Below are positions 23,133 to 33,216 of a stretch of DNA of 64,000 nucleotides, piece after piece. The notes beneath the pieces were generated by a model. The model did not search any database. It saw nothing but the letters and a program-made list of their open reading frames with translations, and had not been told where the DNA came from. Source of the stretch: a virus; the IMG/VR virus record IMGVR_UViG_3300016484_000310, positions 1 to 64,000 of that record; one strand, given 5' to 3'. The position numbers and the translations under genes are program-made. Positions within the stretch are counted from its first letter, which is position 1. Every line of letters starts with the position of its first letter.

Positions 23133-24652
23133 GCAAAGGAAACCCAATGGATCCGTCCATCAAACAAGTCACCTCCATGCTGGTGTCGAGTGACAAAATC
23201 ACTCTCTTCACCATCACGGGCGAACTGATCGAAGTTCGCAACGATGGCGACTACGATACCGCGAAAATCTCTGAATTCCTGACTCCTCGTTTGTCAGGCA
23301 CAAATGCTGTTGAAATCAAGCTGGAAGACTATTCCAAGATTGCCAAGATTCTTCCCAGTGATCTGGAAGACCATGACATCGAAGTCACCCAGATCATCAA
23401 CGGTCGTGAAGTGCAGGGGATCTTCTATCCTCGGAAAGTCTCTGTGGCCGTCAAGGTCGGTGATGAAAAAGTCACCATCCCTGATGTCGAAAACCTGTCT
23501 GGTCATATCCAGCGGGCTTCCAACGAGAAGAGTCCTTCTGTGGCCAACTTCCTGAAGCGTCTGGCTCCTGTGCTCCAAAAGCGGAAGCATTCCGGTGAAG
23601 ACCTGATGAAGTTCATCAAGCTGTCTGAGATGCCTCTGACCAATGATGGTCGGATCATCGCTTACAAGCGAGTGAAGTCTGGCACTGACAAGGGCTACTT
23701 CGTTGACTGCCACACTGGCAAAGTCAAGCAGCGTGTTGGTTCTCGTGTGACGATGAAGGTCGATCTGGTCGATCCCAGCCGTCACCAGTCCTGCTCAACT
23801 GGTCTCCATGTGGCTAATCTGGGCTACATGGCAGGCTTCAGGGGTTCTCACACTCTTATCGTTCTGGTGAACCCTGAAGACTTCATCGCTGTGCCTGTGG
23901 GTAAAGATACGAAAGCTCGTGTCTGTGCCTATGAAATCATCGGTGTGATGAGCAGCAATGCCCATGACAAGGTGAATACTGGTTCCCACGTCGAAGGGGA
24001 TACCAGCCTCGAAAAGCTCATCAAGAGTGCTGTCGAAGGAAACCATGTTCGTCCCTTCGAAGAAATCGAAGTGGGGAACTATGGTGAGATCGTCAAAGTC
24101 ACCCCCATCAAAGGTAGCAATGCACCCATGGTGAAGCCTGTGGCAACTTCGTCCGGCAAGTCTTTGGCAACCGACAAGCAGCCTGAACCGTCGAAAGATG
24201 TGATGGCTACGACTCGGGCAGCTCAAGCCAAGGCTCCGACCCTGCTGGAAGAAGTGGCCAAAGCCTTCCAGATGATTCGGGATGGCATCAGCAAGTCTGA
24301 AATCGCTCGTCAGCTCGTGACATCGACCCGTTCTATCGGTCGCTGGATCGAGAAGTATGGTGATCCTTTCTCTCTGGTTTCGCCTCCGAAAGAGGAACCG
24401 AAGCCTGAACCCAAAGAGGAGGCTCCCGTGAAGAGTGATGATGATTTCGCCAAGATGGTTCAGTCGAGTGAACCGCCGAAGCCTGCCACCAAGGCAGAGC
24501 AGATGCGGAAGCTCTACAACAACTGGATCCTTGGCGGAAAGAAGCCTGAAGATCTGAAAGCTGTGAAGCTGTTCAAGTCGTCGGCCAAGAAGAGCTATTC
24601 AGCTCTCGGCCTGACTGCTGCTGAAGAGCAGAAGATTCAGGATGCCGAATGA
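23129..24652 (+). CDS. rIIB: rIIB-like protein (by position) with a C-terminal HTH-like segment
   Basis: ATGA overlap with the rIIA-like gene. Contains ISKSEIARQLVTSTRSIGRWIEKYG. The call rests on N4-type synteny. Confidence 0.45.
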   Translation: MSKGNPMDPSIKQVTSMLVSSDKITLFTITGELIEVRNDGDYDTAKISEFLTPRLSGTNAVEIKLEDYSKIAKILPSDLEDHDIEVTQIINGREVQGIFYPRKVSVAVKVGDEKVTIPDVENLSGHIQRASNEKSPSVANFLKRLAPVLQKRKHSGEDLMKFIKLSEMPLTNDGRIIAYKRVKSGTDKGYFVDCHTGKVKQRVGSRVTMKVDLVDPSRHQSCSTGLHVANLGYMAGFRGSHTLIVLVNPEDFIAVPVGKDTKARVCAYEIIGVMSSNAHDKVNTGSHVEGDTSLEKLIKSAVEGNHVRPFEEIEVGNYGEIVKVTPIKGSNAPMVKPVATSSGKSLATDKQPEPSKDVMATTRAAQAKAPTLLEEVAKAFQMIRDGISKSEIARQLVTSTRSIGRWIEKYGDPFSLVSPPKEEPKPEPKEEAPVKSDDDFAKMVQSSEPPKPATKAEQMRKLYNNWILGGKKPEDLKAVKLFKSSAKKSYSALGLTAAEEQKIQDAE

Positions 24653-24701
24653 CAAGCCTCTAGGCTTGCTTTCCTAGAAAGCAAGTCCTGAGACTTGCCT
24701 G

Positions 24702-24740
24702 AGTCGCCATGGTTGCCCCCAGCCATGGCGACTTTCATTT
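24702..24740 (+). terminator. rho-independent terminator
   Basis: 11-bp stem AGTCGCCATGG/CCATGGCGACT followed by TTCATTT. Two smaller hairpins lie upstream (24653-24690). Confidence 0.75.
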
Positions 24741-24757
24741 GAACCAAGGAGGCCAGC

Positions 24758-25189
24758 ATGGGCTTTGAGATGCAAGTCGAAGAATGTGAACTCGGCTATG
24801 ATCCTGAGTATCAGAACATCCCTGAAGACATTCTTTTCGAAATCGAGGATGGCAACGTCATCATCCACTACGTTCTTTCGTCCCAGTTTCCTGAGAAGAA
24901 CGGCTTCTGCTCGTGTGAACACTACGAGAGTGGGTGTCTCGACTACATGATCGAAGGTTGCATCGGGGAACTTCCCGATGGCTACTACATGATCGAAAAC
25001 GCCAACATTCACTACACCCGTGGTGATGGCTGGACCACTGACGATGATGCTGATCTCGATTTTGAGTCCATTCGTGTGGCTCGATACTACGAGATGCGGG
25101 ACACCCTGTATCGCTGGGATGCTCTCAAGGCTCTCCCCAGACAGGTCTGGATCGCCCTCAACGTCCTGTGGGGGAGGGTGGTGTTCTGA
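24758..25189 (+). CDS. hypothetical acidic protein
   Basis: SD AAGGAGG before the ATG. 143 aa. Confidence 0.6.
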   Translation: MGFEMQVEECELGYDPEYQNIPEDILFEIEDGNVIIHYVLSSQFPEKNGFCSCEHYESGCLDYMIEGCIGELPDGYYMIENANIHYTRGDGWTTDDDADLDFESIRVARYYEMRDTLYRWDALKALPRQVWIALNVLWGRVVF

Positions 25190-25704
25190 TGTGCAGACGA
25201 ACCCTCATTGATGACAAGATCAAGTCAAACATTGTCATCAAGGACTGCGGATACGAGACTCCCTGCCATGTCTGGCAAGGCTCTCATTCCGGGACTGGTC
25301 GTGGTGGTGGATACCCTCGGATGTCTCTTGACGGTCAGACAGTGGCGGTTCACATCGTCGCTTACACCAACAACAATGGGTTCGTCCCCGGCAAGAAACA
25401 GATCGACCACAAGTGCAACAATCGCTTGTGTGTGAACCCTGATCATCTTCAGATGGTCACGCACAAGAAGAACCAGAAACTCAGGATCGAACGATCCAGA
25501 AAGGCTTCCAATGTCACGAGCATTCTTGAACAACACGGTCAGCTATCCAACCATGATGCTTCCCTTCATGATCGAGGAGGAGACGAAGTTCCAGAATTCA
25601 CCGGAATTCCAGAAGATGAAGAAACAGCAATCGAAGACTCGATTGATGGGCGTTATCTTCCAGACCGTGCGTTCTGGGAAACGTCTCCCGATCTTCGCCC
25701 CTGA
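25189..25704 (+). CDS. free-standing HNH endonuclease
   Basis: TGATG overlap. HNH core QIDHKCNNRLCVNPDHLQMVTHKKNQ. Confidence 0.75.
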   Translation: MCRRTLIDDKIKSNIVIKDCGYETPCHVWQGSHSGTGRGGGYPRMSLDGQTVAVHIVAYTNNNGFVPGKKQIDHKCNNRLCVNPDHLQMVTHKKNQKLRIERSRKASNVTSILEQHGQLSNHDASLHDRGGDEVPEFTGIPEDEETAIEDSIDGRYLPDRAFWETSPDLRP

Positions 25705-25733
25705 TCATCGCATTCGTCCTCTGGAGAAGGCCG

Positions 25734-25973
25734 ATGCTGCGAACTGATCCTCCTGAAGAAATCATCTACTTTGACAAAGGTAGAGCGATTCTTCCCAACG
25801 AGAAGTTCCTTGTCTGCAAACGGAATGGATCACAAGAGATTGTGGTCCAGTCTGAACGCAGTGATGCAAGGGCTGAATACAGTGTGAGCGTGATGAATGA
25901 GCATGAAGAGAACAATGCTCGTCTTCCCGTCTTCTACTGGAGAATGAGAAAGGAAGGCGAATGTCCAACGTAA
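25734..25973 (+). CDS. hypothetical protein (79 aa)
   Basis: SD GGAGAAGG before the ATG. Confidence 0.5.
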   Translation: MLRTDPPEEIIYFDKGRAILPNEKFLVCKRNGSQEIVVQSERSDARAEYSVSVMNEHEENNARLPVFYWRMRKEGECPT

Positions 25974-26452
25974 GGACTGCTCATGCGACTGGTCAGACAG
26001 TTCGCTATCACACCAATCCTGTGATGGCTCGACTGCATCAGACAGATGCTGACCATAGCTGGGGTGTGGCTATGATCATTCTGAAACTCCACCCCAATCC
26101 TTCTCGGAACCTTCTGGGTCAAGCCATTGCCCATGACTGTGGAGAGAAGTGGGCTGGTGATCTCAGCTATCCTTTCAAGAGGATGTTCCCTGAGATTGGC
26201 CGTGCCCATGCTGAAGCTGAAGAACAGCTTGCCCGGAAACACAGCATTCCTCAGTTTGAACTCACTCTGGATGAAGCCAAATGGCTCAGGTTTGCTGATC
26301 GTCTGGAATGCCATCTCTATGCTGAGATCTTTCATCCTTGGGTTGTGAAACAGCCTGACTGGGTGAAGCAGCATGAAATGATCATTGAGATGGCCAAAGA
26401 TCTTGGAATCAACCAAGACATCTTTGAACCCCAGATCAACCTGTTTACCTGA
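25961..26452 (+). CDS. HD-domain phosphohydrolase (YfbR-like 5'-deoxynucleotidase type)
   Basis: The pattern RYH...HSWGVA...AHDCGEKWAGD fits the H..HD..D metal-binding pattern. Confidence 0.6.
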   Translation: MSNVRTAHATGQTVRYHTNPVMARLHQTDADHSWGVAMIILKLHPNPSRNLLGQAIAHDCGEKWAGDLSYPFKRMFPEIGRAHAEAEEQLARKHSIPQFELTLDEAKWLRFADRLECHLYAEIFHPWVVKQPDWVKQHEMIIEMAKDLGINQDIFEPQINLFT

Positions 26453-26499
26453 AAGACTCGTCTTTTCGGTTTTCATCTGGCTCTGAAAGGCTCAAAGGA

Positions 26500-26901
26500 A
26501 TGCGTCAAACCATGGACACCTCGAAGATGGTCTTCGTCTTCGGGAGCAATCGCTCTGGCATCCACGGAGCTGGTGCAGCACGTTATGCTGCCCAGTATAG
26601 GGGTGCTGAGATGGGCGTAGGAGAAGGCCCCACAGGAAGCTGCTATGCGCTTCTTACGAAGGGCTACAACATCACCTTCATGTCTCTTGACGAGGTGACT
26701 GACCATGTGCAGAAGTTCCTTTCCTACGCCAAAGAACATCCCGAACTGGACTTCCAAGTGACACAGGTTGGCTGTGGTCTAGGTGGGTTCAGAAAAGAGG
26801 ACATCGCTCCTCTTTTCGAATACGCACCTGACAACTGCTACTTTGATGAGATGTGGAAGTCCCACTTGCCTCCGTCTGCCCAATACTGGGGAACTTTTTG
26901 A
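26500..26901 (+). CDS. conserved-looking hypothetical protein (GSN-x-G-x-HG-x-GAA motif)
   Basis: Contains VFVFGSNRSGIHGAGAARYA...GSCYALLTKG...QVGCGLGGF. Possibly a macro-like or Rossmann-like nucleotide-binding fold. Not verified. Confidence 0.55.
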   Translation: MRQTMDTSKMVFVFGSNRSGIHGAGAARYAAQYRGAEMGVGEGPTGSCYALLTKGYNITFMSLDEVTDHVQKFLSYAKEHPELDFQVTQVGCGLGGFRKEDIAPLFEYAPDNCYFDEMWKSHLPPSAQYWGTF

Positions 26902-27380
26902 TGGAAAACTGGAAAGACTGTGTAGGCTTCGAAGGTTACTATGAGATCAGTGACCAAGGAAATGCCAGACGTGTTGGGAAGACAAAGCCTCTGGCTCAAG
27001 TCATCAACAAAGATGGTTATGTCTGTTTTGTCTTTTCAGTGAATGCCATCAAAACCAATGTGTTAGCTCATCGGCTGGTAGCCATGGCTTTCATTGGACC
27101 TGTTCCTCTGGGTCTCATTGTGCTTCACAATGATGGGATCAAGACAAACAATACACCATTGAACTTGAGATATGGAAGCAATGCTGACAACTCTCAAGAT
27201 ATGGTGGATCATGGAAACCAAACCAAAGGAGAAGCATCGCACCTCTCCAAGCTAACTGAACAACAGATACGGGAAATCCGATCTTCCACCCTATCCACAG
27301 TTCAGCTCGGGAAGATGTATGGTGTCTCCAAAGGAAACATTTCCATGATCAAAAACTTCGTCACATGGAAACATGTCTGA
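26901..27380 (+). CDS. free-standing NUMOD4/HNH homing endonuclease with C-terminal HTH
   Basis: MENWKDCVGFEGYYEISDQGN (NUMOD4-like). VLHNDGIKTNNTPLNLRYGSNADN (HNH). TVQLGKMYGVSKGNISMI (HTH). TGATG overlap. Immediately upstream of the RNR gene. Confidence 0.75.
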   Translation: MENWKDCVGFEGYYEISDQGNARRVGKTKPLAQVINKDGYVCFVFSVNAIKTNVLAHRLVAMAFIGPVPLGLIVLHNDGIKTNNTPLNLRYGSNADNSQDMVDHGNQTKGEASHLSKLTEQQIREIRSSTLSTVQLGKMYGVSKGNISMIKNFVTWKHV

Positions 27381-27428
27381 CGTTCTGAACCTGACCCCAC
27401 CCTGCTTGCATCAGGGTCGAGGGTGAGT

Positions 27429-27478
27429 GAAGCCCCTGCTGGTTTTCCCGACCCAAACCAGTGGGGGCTTCTGTTTTT
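27429..27478 (+). terminator. rho-independent terminator
   Basis: GAAGCCCC (27429-27436) pairs with GGGGCTTC (27464-27471). Inner stem CTGGTTT/AAACCAG. Followed by TGTTTTT. Confidence 0.75.
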
Positions 27479-27499
27479 CCAACTGAAGAAAGGGACATC

Positions 27500-29824
27500 A
27501 TGTCTTCAACAAACCCCTTCTCCCAACCGATCTCTGAACAGATCTGGAGGGAAAAGTATCGTCTGATCACTCAACGAGAAGATGTGCCAGATGATGAAAC
27601 GGTCCAAGATACTTGGATGCGTATCGCCAAAGCCTGTGCAAACTCTCAGCCTGAGCTGTATGGCCATGATCACACCATGGACCTTCCTGACACTGTGATC
27701 GCTTCCCGAACTCGTGAGTTCTACTCGGCTCTTGAAAACTTCAAGTTCCTTCCTGCTGGTCGGATCACTGCTGGAGCTGGTTCAGGTCGGAATGTGACCC
27801 TGTTCAACTGCTATGTCATGGGCACCATTCCTGACTCCATGGCAGGTATCTTTGACATGCTCAAGGAAGCTGCTCTGACCATGCAACAAGGTGGTGGAAT
27901 CGGCTACGACTTCAGCACTCTTCGTCCCAAAGGGGCACCTGTTAAAGGTGTGGATGCTGACGCTTCTGGTCCTTTGACGTTCATGGATGTCTGGGACGCA
28001 ATGTGTCGGACAGTCATGAGTGCTGGTTCTCGTCGTGGAGCCATGATGGCAACCATGAGATGTGACCACCCTGACATCAAAGACTTCATCACGGCCAAGA
28101 GAGATCCTCTGCGTCTTCGTATGTTCAACCTGAGTGTGCTGGTCACAGACGCATTCATGAATGCCGTGAAGAATGACGCTGACTGGAACCTTCACTTCAC
28201 CAATCGTCATGGTGAACGTCGGGTTTACAAGACAGTGAGAGCCAGAGATCTTTGGGAAAAGATCATGGACAACACTTACAACTTTGCTGAACCGGGTGTG
28301 ATCTTCATCGACCGGATCAATGCAATGAACAACCTGTGGTATGCTGAGACTATTGCAGCCACAAATCCTTGTGGTGAGCAACCTCTGCCTCCTTACGGAG
28401 CTTGTCTCCTTGGTTCAGTGAACCTGACCAAAGTGGTGATCAATGCTTTCACCAAAGATGCCTACATCGACTGGGATCTTTTGGAGAAAGTCACCAAGCA
28501 GGCTGTGGAAATCCTTGATGCAGTCATCGACATTTCCCTGTTCCCCATTCCCCAGCAACTGGCTGAAGCCAAGGCCAAACGTCGTATGGGAATTGGGATC
28601 ACTGGTCTGGCTGATGCTCTGCTTATGATGGGTCTGACCTATGGTTCAGACGAGGCTGCAAGCCTTCTGGACACCATCATGATGACCATGACTTGTGCTG
28701 CCTACAGACAGTCTATCGAGCTTGCCAAGCTCTATGGACCCTGCCCTGTGACCATGACTCTGGAACAACGTCAAAAGTATGTGGCTGGTCGTTTCATCTC
28801 AAGTCTGCCTGAAGACATCCAAGATGGTATCATCCAGCATGGGATCAGAAACAGCCACCTGATGTCAATTGCTCCCACAGGGACCATCAGCCTCTATGCT
28901 GGCAACATCTCCAGTGGTATCGAGCCTATCTTCGCTCCTGCTTACACTCGGAAGGTTTTGAACCCTGATGGAACCAAGAGACAGGAGAAGGTCGAAGACT
29001 ACGCTGTTCGACTCTATCGTGAGCTGATCAACTTCGATGATGATGCACCCATCCCTTGTCTGATGACAGCTCAGGATCTTCCTGCTTCTGCTCACCTGAA
29101 GATGCAGGCAACAGCTCAGAAATGGGTGGACAGCTCTATCAGCAAGACCATCAACCTGCCTGAAGAGATCTCCTTTGAAGACTTCAAAGAAGTCTACATG
29201 ATGGCCTATGAGTCTGGCTGCAAAGGCTGCACCACCTATCGGCCCAATCCTGTCACTGGTTCCATTCTCGCTGTCGAAGAGAAACCAAAGGAAGAACCAG
29301 AGACCAAGCCTGAACCTCAAGTTCTTGCTGGTCGTCCTGAAGCTCTGCAAGGGTCAACCTACAAGATCAAGACTGGTGGATCTGAACATGCGATGTATGT
29401 CTCTATGACCTACATCGAAGAGAATGGGCAGAAGCGCCCTTATGAAGTCTTCATGAACTCCAAGAACATGGAACACTTCGCATGGACTGTGGCTCTGACT
29501 CGTATGATCTCAGCCATCTTCAGGCGGGGTGGTGACGTTTCCTTCGTGGTCGAAGAGCTGAAAGCAGTCTTTGATCCCAGAGGTGGAAGCTGGACCAAGG
29601 GGCGGTATGTCCCCTCTGATGCTGCTGCCATTGGAGGTGTCATCGAGGAATTCATGAAGGAAATCAACTACATCCCCAACGATGTGAAGGTTGCTCCTGA
29701 AGGGAAGATCCCCGAAGTCTCTGTTCAGAAAGTTGAGCTTTGCCCAAAGTGCCACAGCTCCAACATGAAGAACGAGTCTGGATGCCTTGCCTGTCTGGAT
29801 TGTGGCCACTCCAAGTGTGGCTGA
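27500..29824 (+). CDS. nrdJ: class II (B12-dependent) ribonucleotide reductase
   Basis: SD GAAAGGGA before ATG 27500. Active-site segment NPCGEQPLPPYGACLLGSVNL. C-terminal zinc ribbon CPKC...CLACLDCGHSKCG. Confidence 0.85.
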   Translation: MSSTNPFSQPISEQIWREKYRLITQREDVPDDETVQDTWMRIAKACANSQPELYGHDHTMDLPDTVIASRTREFYSALENFKFLPAGRITAGAGSGRNVTLFNCYVMGTIPDSMAGIFDMLKEAALTMQQGGGIGYDFSTLRPKGAPVKGVDADASGPLTFMDVWDAMCRTVMSAGSRRGAMMATMRCDHPDIKDFITAKRDPLRLRMFNLSVLVTDAFMNAVKNDADWNLHFTNRHGERRVYKTVRARDLWEKIMDNTYNFAEPGVIFIDRINAMNNLWYAETIAATNPCGEQPLPPYGACLLGSVNLTKVVINAFTKDAYIDWDLLEKVTKQAVEILDAVIDISLFPIPQQLAEAKAKRRMGIGITGLADALLMMGLTYGSDEAASLLDTIMMTMTCAAYRQSIELAKLYGPCPVTMTLEQRQKYVAGRFISSLPEDIQDGIIQHGIRNSHLMSIAPTGTISLYAGNISSGIEPIFAPAYTRKVLNPDGTKRQEKVEDYAVRLYRELINFDDDAPIPCLMTAQDLPASAHLKMQATAQKWVDSSISKTINLPEEISFEDFKEVYMMAYESGCKGCTTYRPNPVTGSILAVEEKPKEEPETKPEPQVLAGRPEALQGSTYKIKTGGSEHAMYVSMTYIEENGQKRPYEVFMNSKNMEHFAWTVALTRMISAIFRRGGDVSFVVEELKAVFDPRGGSWTKGRYVPSDAAAIGGVIEEFMKEINYIPNDVKVAPEGKIPEVSVQKVELCPKCHSSNMKNESGCLACLDCGHSKCG

Positions 29825-29832
29825 TCTCAAGC

Positions 29833-29856
29833 GGGGGAGAGAGCAATCTCTCCCCC
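29833..29856 (+). terminator. 10-bp GC-rich hairpin after nrdJ (no T-run)
   Basis: GGGGGAGAGA-GCAA-TCTCTCCCCC. Confidence 0.45.
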
Positions 29857-29880
29857 TAAACCAAGAAAAGGAACAGAACC

Positions 29881-31155
29881 ATGGGCTTGAACAAGGGCCA
29901 ACAGGCTGGATTCCTTGATGTAATCAAGTTCATCAATGATCCAACACAGAAATATGCACACGTTTCAGGCGGTGCAGGAACAGGCAAGACCTACTTCATC
30001 AGCCAGATCGCTGAAAACATCCTGAAGCACAAAGCGCCTCAAGTGCCTCTCCATTCAGTGGCAATTACCGCAACCACCAACAAAGCTGCTGCGGTTATTT
30101 CTGATGCCATGCCTCAAAGGGCTGGAGAGATTGGCACCATCTTCTCCTTCATGAACCTCCGAGTTCACGAGAATTTCGCCACTGGTGAGACATCCATTGT
30201 CCCTACTCCCAATTGGAAAGTCCACTCTGGTTACTTCGTCATTATCGACGAATGCTCAATGGTGACAAAGGATCTGTTCAAATACCTTGAAAAAGGTTTG
30301 GACAATACCTGCAAGGTTCTCTTTGTGGGTGACAAGAACCAATTGGCTCCTGTGAAGGAAACCATTTCCCCCATCTACACTCAGAACTTCCAGATCAGTT
30401 ATCTGACTCAGCCTGTTCGGAACGCAAATCAGCCTGCTCTCATGGCTCTTTGCGAACAAGCCAAACAGACAGTTCTGACTGGTGAGTTCTTTCCAATCAA
30501 GGAAGTCCCCGGAGTCATCGACTTTGTTGATGGCACCACTGTTCAGGGAATCCTTGAGAGGGAATTCCTGAAAGAAGATCCCGGCAAGAGAGTCATTTGC
30601 TACACCAACAAGAGGGTGCTGCAATACAATGACTACATTCGTCAGATTCGTGGATACTCCAAATCCTACGAAGTCGGTGAGATTCTCTCCAACAACAGCT
30701 CTGCTGAATTGCTGGGGAAAGAACGTCTCTACACTGACCAAGTGGTTCAAGTGAAAGCCATCGTCTCTGAACAGGATGACCCCCACATCGTTCCGGGGAA
30801 TCATGTTCCTACTGTCACACTTCAGGTCGAAGATGTGATGAGCCATGTCCTCTATGAGGTCACTGTGTTCAAGCATTACCAAGACCGTGATGCTGCCATG
30901 AAGTATTACAGCTCCCGGAAGCAGTGGGACAAATACTTCAAGGTCAAGAACAACTTCCCGGATCTCCGTTCAGTGTCTGCATCCACAGCCCACAAAGCTC
31001 AGGGTTCAACATATGATTCTGTGATTGTGGATCTGTCAGACATCGGAACTTGCACCAATCTCGATCAGACAGCTCGTATGCTTTATGTCGCTCTGAGCCG
31101 ACCCAGAAGCAGGCTGTTCATTCGGGGCAAGCTTCCTGATCGGTATTTCCAATGA
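29881..31155 (+). CDS. SF1 (RecD/Dda-like) DNA helicase
   Basis: Walker A SGGAGTGKTY. Also VIIDECSMV, VGDKNQLAPV, TAHKAQGSTYDSVIVD and YVALSRPRSRL. Confidence 0.8.
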   Translation: MGLNKGQQAGFLDVIKFINDPTQKYAHVSGGAGTGKTYFISQIAENILKHKAPQVPLHSVAITATTNKAAAVISDAMPQRAGEIGTIFSFMNLRVHENFATGETSIVPTPNWKVHSGYFVIIDECSMVTKDLFKYLEKGLDNTCKVLFVGDKNQLAPVKETISPIYTQNFQISYLTQPVRNANQPALMALCEQAKQTVLTGEFFPIKEVPGVIDFVDGTTVQGILEREFLKEDPGKRVICYTNKRVLQYNDYIRQIRGYSKSYEVGEILSNNSSAELLGKERLYTDQVVQVKAIVSEQDDPHIVPGNHVPTVTLQVEDVMSHVLYEVTVFKHYQDRDAAMKYYSSRKQWDKYFKVKNNFPDLRSVSASTAHKAQGSTYDSVIVDLSDIGTCTNLDQTARMLYVALSRPRSRLFIRGKLPDRYFQ

Positions 31156-31164
31156 GGAGAAGCC

Positions 31165-33216
31165 ATGAAATACGAGATTATTGGGAAAGGATCTTCCCCG
31201 AACATCGCCATTCTATGTCCCCGGATTCAACCCGAGGAAGTAGAGAAGCACTACGGGGATCTTCTCCAACTTGGGTCATCACTGATGGTCTGCAACCTCT
31301 ATCAGGATCGAACCAAGAAGAAGACGAGCAACAATCAGATCAAGGAATACCTGAATGATCTGATGCCTCATCTGATTTCTCGTGGAATCAACTTCCTGAT
31401 CGTGACTCACCCTGAATACTTCAAGGTTCTGTCTCGACAATCGAAAACAGATGCCACCATTGGTGACATCTATCCCTCCATATTCCATGGAGTGGATGTG
31501 ACCTACTTCCCGAACTATGGTCGTGTCTTCTATGACCCAGAAAAAACCAAAGCCAAAATCGACATTGGAGTGTCGTCGGTTATTCGCTGGATGAAAGGAG
31601 ACAAGACTCCCATTGGACAGTCCATCATCAAATTCGAAGCCTATCCAATGACTGATCAAGAGATTCTTGATTGGCTGGACAAGCTCTATGAAATGGATGT
31701 GGATCTGACCTGTGACATCGAAGGCTTCAGCCTGAAGCATTACGATGCTGGAATTGGGACCATCACTTTCTGCTGGACTGAAAATGAAGGCATAGCTTTC
31801 CCAGTGGATTATGTGACTGATCCTTCCACTGGTTTGGGAATGCAGGTCAAGAACCTGAGAATCAGGAGAGCCTTGAAGAAGTTTTTCCAGGTTTTCCGCA
31901 GGAAGATGACTTATCACAACATCTGCTATGACGCATATGTTCTGATCTACCAACTCTTCATGGACCACATTTTGGACCAAGAAGGTATGCTGGAAGGTCT
32001 CGAAGTGATCCTGAGAAATTGGGATTGCTCTCAGATCATCACCTATTTGGCAACCAATTCCTGCTCAGGGAATGAGCTGGGTCTCAAAACTCAAGCTCAA
32101 GAGTTTGCAGGAAACTATGCTCAGGAAGAGATCCACGACATCACCAAGATTCCTCTCAAGGATCTCCTGAAATATAACCTGACAGACGGTCTTGCCACTT
32201 GGCATGTCTACAAGAAGAATCTGCCAATCATGATTGCTGACGATCAGATGGGTGTTTATTATCAGATCTTCAGACCCGCTGTAGTTGACATCATTCAGAT
32301 GCAGCTCACGGGTATGCCCATCAACATGAAGAAAGTGGTTCGTCTGAATAGACAGCTCCAGCAGGAAGCTGAGAACCACATTCGGCTGATGAACAACCTT
32401 GGAATCGTGAAGAGCTTCGTTGACCAAATGCTTGATGAGCATGTGGCCAAGAAGAACTCCGAATACAAGAAGAAGGTCATCACCAAGGCAGATGTGAAAC
32501 CGGGAACGATCACGTTCAATCCCGGTTCTCCCAAGCAGCTTCAAGAGTTTCTATACTCTCAGGACTTCCTTGGTTTGCCTGTTCTGGATTACACAGACAC
32601 CAAGCTTCCGGCTACAGGTGCTGACACACTGGAAAAGCTTCTCAAGCATACCAGTGATCCAGAGGTGATCCTCTTCTTGAACATCCTGATCGAATACAAA
32701 GCTTCTGCGATCATCCTCTCTACGTTCCTGCCAGCCTTTCTACAGGCCAAGGAGGGTAACGATGGTTGGCACTACCTGTTCGGAAACTTCAGGCTTGGTG
32801 GGACAGCCTCTGGCCGTCTGTCATCGAACAATCCGAACATGCAGAACATCCCTGCTTCTGGCTCTACCAAAGCCAAAGCAAGACTTGCCAAACTCATCAA
32901 GGAATGCTTTGAAGCTCCACCGGGATGGCTCTTCTGTGGTTTGGATTTTGACTCTCTTGAAGACAAGATCTCGGCTGTTACAACCAGAGATCCTGAGAAG
33001 ATCAAGGTCTACACAGATGGGTATGACGGCCACTGCCTCAGAGCCTTTGCTTACTTCGGTGAGCACATGCCTGACATCCAGACTTGTCCTCCGACAGCCA
33101 CTGCCTACAAAGCAAAGATCGGGGATGAGACCATCTACTTCCACTCGGAAGAGACGGTAGAATACCTCGGACAAACCATGTTGGGATCCGAGCTTTTCAA
33201 ACTCCTGAACAAATGA
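31165..33216 (+). CDS. family-A DNA polymerase, N-terminal piece (3'-5' exonuclease plus pol motif A)
   Basis: Exo I LTCDIEGF. Pol motif A GLDFDSLEDK (about 32944-32967). The stop at 33214-33216 comes before any motif B. Confidence 0.8.
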   Translation: MKYEIIGKGSSPNIAILCPRIQPEEVEKHYGDLLQLGSSLMVCNLYQDRTKKKTSNNQIKEYLNDLMPHLISRGINFLIVTHPEYFKVLSRQSKTDATIGDIYPSIFHGVDVTYFPNYGRVFYDPEKTKAKIDIGVSSVIRWMKGDKTPIGQSIIKFEAYPMTDQEILDWLDKLYEMDVDLTCDIEGFSLKHYDAGIGTITFCWTENEGIAFPVDYVTDPSTGLGMQVKNLRIRRALKKFFQVFRRKMTYHNICYDAYVLIYQLFMDHILDQEGMLEGLEVILRNWDCSQIITYLATNSCSGNELGLKTQAQEFAGNYAQEEIHDITKIPLKDLLKYNLTDGLATWHVYKKNLPIMIADDQMGVYYQIFRPAVVDIIQMQLTGMPINMKKVVRLNRQLQQEAENHIRLMNNLGIVKSFVDQMLDEHVAKKNSEYKKKVITKADVKPGTITFNPGSPKQLQEFLYSQDFLGLPVLDYTDTKLPATGADTLEKLLKHTSDPEVILFLNILIEYKASAIILSTFLPAFLQAKEGNDGWHYLFGNFRLGGTASGRLSSNNPNMQNIPASGSTKAKARLAKLIKECFEAPPGWLFCGLDFDSLEDKISAVTTRDPEKIKVYTDGYDGHCLRAFAYFGEHMPDIQTCPPTATAYKAKIGDETIYFHSEETVEYLGQTMLGSELFKLLNK

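Noticed and set aside
27500-29824. Possible intein or intron in the class II RNR gene next to an HNH gene
   Set aside because: The ORF is continuous (774 aa). It has the active-site NPCGEQ segment and the C-terminal zinc ribbon in normal order, and its length is normal for a monomeric NrdJ.
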